57,344 nt of DNA from Akkermansia sp. Lineage in GTDB: Bacteria > Verrucomicrobiota > Verrucomicrobiia > Limisphaerales > SIBH01. Below are positions 54,815 to 57,344 of the stretch, one piece after another. The notes beneath the pieces were generated by a model. That model was not told the DNA's origin, made no database searches, and saw nothing but the letters and a program-made list of their open reading frames with translations. A program made the position numbers and the translations under genes. Location of the stretch: positions 1 to 57,344 of the forward strand of contig JAYVQC010000179.1 of the NCBI GenBank assembly GCA_043757045.1, written 5' to 3'. Position 1 is the first letter of the stretch. Each line of letters starts with the position of its first letter.

Positions 54815-56062
54815 TCACCGGATCGCCATCTGCTTCGGGTCTTGATCCTTCAGCCCGTATTTCATCAGGAAGCGCATCAGGCCCATGCTGTAGGGCGCAC
54901 GCGCGGCGAGACCGGTGAAGATGCGGCCCATGTGCTTGTTGATGTGCCGGCTGGCCATCTTGATGAACAGGTTGTCCTTCATCATCTCGCCCACGCGGAA
55001 CGAGGTGAACATGCGCCCGTCGTAGAAGTAATTCACGATCTCGTGCCACGTCTTGAGATGGTGAACGACGTCCTGCTCGTAGCGTTGAAAGGCCGGCGTG
55101 CCGCCCTCGCGAATCGCCTCGACCAAGGACTCCGCGCTGGTCATGCCGATGAGCAGGCCGCTGGAGAAAACCGGATCAATGAAACCCGCCGTGTCGCCAA
55201 GCAGCACCCAGCCGTCGCCGAAGAGGCGGTCGGAGACGAGCTGGTAGTTCGTGTATTCCAGCACGGGCGTCAGGCGCTTGGAACCGGCGGTGGCGACGCG
55301 CAGCACGGAATCCTGTTGCAGCAAATTGTCGTAACGCTCCTCGGGCGTCGCGCCGAACTTCTTCGCCTCGTCCGCGCCGAGCACGATGCCGAGCGACACG
55401 CGGTCCGGCAGCGGAATGCGCCAACTCCAGCCGTGATCTAGGCGTGACGAATGCACGTAGCCGTCTCGGAACAGTTCCGTGCGGTCGAGATGCGCGAAGA
55501 GCGCGGTGTCCTTGCGCCCGCCTTCCTGGCACGAGAGTTCGAGCAGTTTCGGCAGGACGCGGGCGCGGCCCGTGGCGTCCACGAGCAAGTCGGGTTCGCC
55601 AAATTCTCCGAGCGCGGCGCGCGTTTCGGGCGCGAGGCGCACGCGGTCGGTGCCAGGCACGCGCTCCACTTTGGCTTCCACTTCAAACACCTTCGCGCCC
55701 GCACGCTGCGCGGCGGCAAGCAGCGTGGCGTCGAACTGAAGGCGCGGCACGTTGTAGGCGTAGTCCGGCAGCGGCCCGGCGAAATTGCTGAACGTGAACG
55801 AGTAGTCGCCGAACCCGGTCATGTTGAAGATCGCGCCCGGCTTGAGCTTTCCGTAGGCGCGCACTTCATCCTCCACGCCGAGCCGCCGCAGAATCGGCAC
55901 GATGGCCGGCACGAGCGACTCGCCCACGAGCAGCGTGGCCGGACGCGGGCGATGCAACATCGCAACACGCACCCCAGCGCGACAGAGATGCGTCGCCGCC
56001 GTGCAGGCGGCGGGACCAGCGCCGAGGAAGACGACGGATTGGATGGGGCGTGGTGAGTTCAT
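54815..56062 (-). CDS. second flavin-dependent halogenase-like oxidoreductase
   Basis: LGAGPAA, VGESL, LKPG, WSWRIP, GDTAGFIDPVFSSG. Confidence 0.85.
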   Translation of the reverse strand: MNSPRPIQSVVFLGAGPAACTAATHLCRAGVRVAMLHRPRPATLLVGESLVPAIVPILRRLGVEDEVRAYGKLKPGAIFNMTGFGDYSFTFSNFAGPLPDYAYNVPRLQFDATLLAAAQRAGAKVFEVEAKVERVPGTDRVRLAPETRAALGEFGEPDLLVDATGRARVLPKLLELSCQEGGRKDTALFAHLDRTELFRDGYVHSSRLDHGWSWRIPLPDRVSLGIVLGADEAKKFGATPEERYDNLLQQDSVLRVATAGSKRLTPVLEYTNYQLVSDRLFGDGWVLLGDTAGFIDPVFSSGLLIGMTSAESLVEAIREGGTPAFQRYEQDVVHHLKTWHEIVNYFYDGRMFTSFRVGEMMKDNLFIKMASRHINKHMGRIFTGLAARAPYSMGLMRFLMKYGLKDQDPKQMAIR

Positions 56063-56087
56063 CGAACGTTCGTTGCTCGTGTCTAAA

Positions 56088-57302
56088 CTATTTCAATCCC
56101 TCGGCCAGCGCGCGCGCCAACGTCTCGCGATAGTCACTGGAGCCGATGTTGGCCGCGTCGGAAGAGTTCGAGAGAAAGCCGCCTTCGACCAGCATCGCCG
56201 GACGGTTTTGATAACGCAGCACGCCCATGAAACGCGCGCGCTTCAGGCCGTCATCACGGGCTTGCGTGGTGGCGACGAGCGCGCGGTGCAGGCGAAAGGC
56301 CCAGGCGGTGTTCGCGGCGTCGAAGGCGTTGTTCGGGAAGACCGCGCGCTCGTCATCGGCGAAACCGCGCGCCAGCGTGGAGGCCATGCCGGTCGGAGTC
56401 AGGCAGTAGGTCTCGATGCCCGAGGCCTGCGTCTGCGGAAACGTGGAGTTGAAATGAAGACTGATGAACAGGTCGGCTTTCACGCGGTCGGCGAACGCGG
56501 TGCGCTCGGCCAGCGAAATCTCCACGTCGCTCCGTCGCGTCAGGAAAACTTTCCAGCCCGCGTTGGTCAGATGCCGCTCCGCGCGCAAGGCCCAGTCGAG
56601 CGCGAAATCTTTTTCGTTCCGATGCTGTGCGTCGCGCGTGCCGACATCCGCGCCGCCGTGGCCGGGGTCGAGGACGATGGTGCGCCGGGGCAGCGCGTGC
56701 GCGGACGGCGGTTCGGCCAGCGGCAGCAAGGTCTTCTCCGCATCGAGTCCGTGGATGTGTGGTTCGCCGTTGATGAGTTGTGGGGCGAACCCGAGCCAGA
56801 GCGCCGCGCCGTTCCATTCGGCGAGCCGCGTGCCGATGGTGAGCCTGCCCCAGCCATCGCGCGTCGGCACGCGATAGACCGTGGCGCTGCCGGCCGCGAT
56901 GCGCTCGGGCGCGGCCAGCCCCACGCGCTGGCTCCACACACGCAACGGCACCCAGCCGCGCCCGAAGGTCAGGCGCGGTTTCGCGGGGGGAGGTTTGTTC
57001 GCCACGACGGGCGCGGGCATCGGCTCGGCGTTCACGTTGTCGAGGCCGAGGACCGGCGCGGGATCGTGATGCAGCGTGACCACTTCTGGCAGGGCAGGCT
57101 TGACGGGCGCGGGTGTCGGCCGAGTGGCCGCAGTGGAAGAAACCTCGGTCGCCGGTGCGGGTGGTGCCAGCGGCGAATAAGTTTTTCCCGCACAGCCGCA
57201 CAACAGCAGGCCTGTCGCCAAGCAGGACAGGCTTCCAACCTGTGCCAACCATCTGATCGCTTTTGAATGCGGCTCGGCGAAGTGTGCGCGCCTTCCCCTC
57301 AC
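56088..57302 (-). CDS. N-acetylmuramoyl-L-alanine amidase (Amidase_3), probable lipoprotein; start uncertain
   Basis: LLLCGC lipobox, IVLDPGHGG.D.G, EK, LTR, ADLFISLHFN, PAMLVEGGFLSN. Confidence 0.9.
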   Translation of the reverse strand: MRGRRAHFAEPHSKAIRWLAQVGSLSCLATGLLLCGCAGKTYSPLAPPAPATEVSSTAATRPTPAPVKPALPEVVTLHHDPAPVLGLDNVNAEPMPAPVVANKPPPAKPRLTFGRGWVPLRVWSQRVGLAAPERIAAGSATVYRVPTRDGWGRLTIGTRLAEWNGAALWLGFAPQLINGEPHIHGLDAEKTLLPLAEPPSAHALPRRTIVLDPGHGGADVGTRDAQHRNEKDFALDWALRAERHLTNAGWKVFLTRRSDVEISLAERTAFADRVKADLFISLHFNSTFPQTQASGIETYCLTPTGMASTLARGFADDERAVFPNNAFDAANTAWAFRLHRALVATTQARDDGLKRARFMGVLRYQNRPAMLVEGGFLSNSSDAANIGSSDYRETLARALAEGLK

Positions 57303-57344
57303 CCCGGCCCTCTCCCGCTGGGAGAGGGAGAAAGTCAGCCAGCG
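57293..57344. repeat. REPIN-like element, family C copy 3 (cut by window end)
   Basis: TTCCCCTCACCCCGGCCCTCTCCCGCTGGGAGAGGGAGAAAGTCAGCCAGCG is the reverse complement of the right arm and spacer of copy 2. Confidence 0.88.

Overview
A high-GC bacterial chromosome segment. The PEP-CTERM protein, DUF1080, plant-like LeuC and style of the palindromic repeats suggest a PVC organism, probably Verrucomicrobiota (inference). Layout: (1) an AT-richer TIR gene and a GIY-YIG/Sel1 gene abutting argB; (2) comM and dprA separated by an ~8.7 kb defence-type island (type I HsdR, fused HsdM-S, an uncharacterised DUF6978-like/DUF1828-like pair, an orphan ORF, and a P-loop zeta-like toxin-antitoxin pair bracketed by a 155-bp diverged duplication of the dprA promoter and 5' end); (3) an ~18 kb surface-polysaccharide locus with six methyltransferases and a carbamoyltransferase; (4) acyl-CoA ligase, M23 peptidase, a zinc peptidase + ATP-grasp pair, PEP-CTERM and leuC; (5) a SxtI/J/L/K-like carbamoylation module and an O-antigen-ligase-TPR gene; (6) a tyrosine-ammonia-lyase-like gene with two flavin halogenase-like genes and an O-methyltransferase, but no PKS; (7) an amidase. 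About nine families of REP/REPIN/MITE-like palindromes occur. Two are inserted in frame inside proteins (HsdM and a GT4), one sits in a MITE with an 8-bp target duplication, and one is nested in another. No tRNA, rRNA, CRISPR array, integrase or transposase was seen. Family assignments come from recognising motifs by eye, not from database searches.
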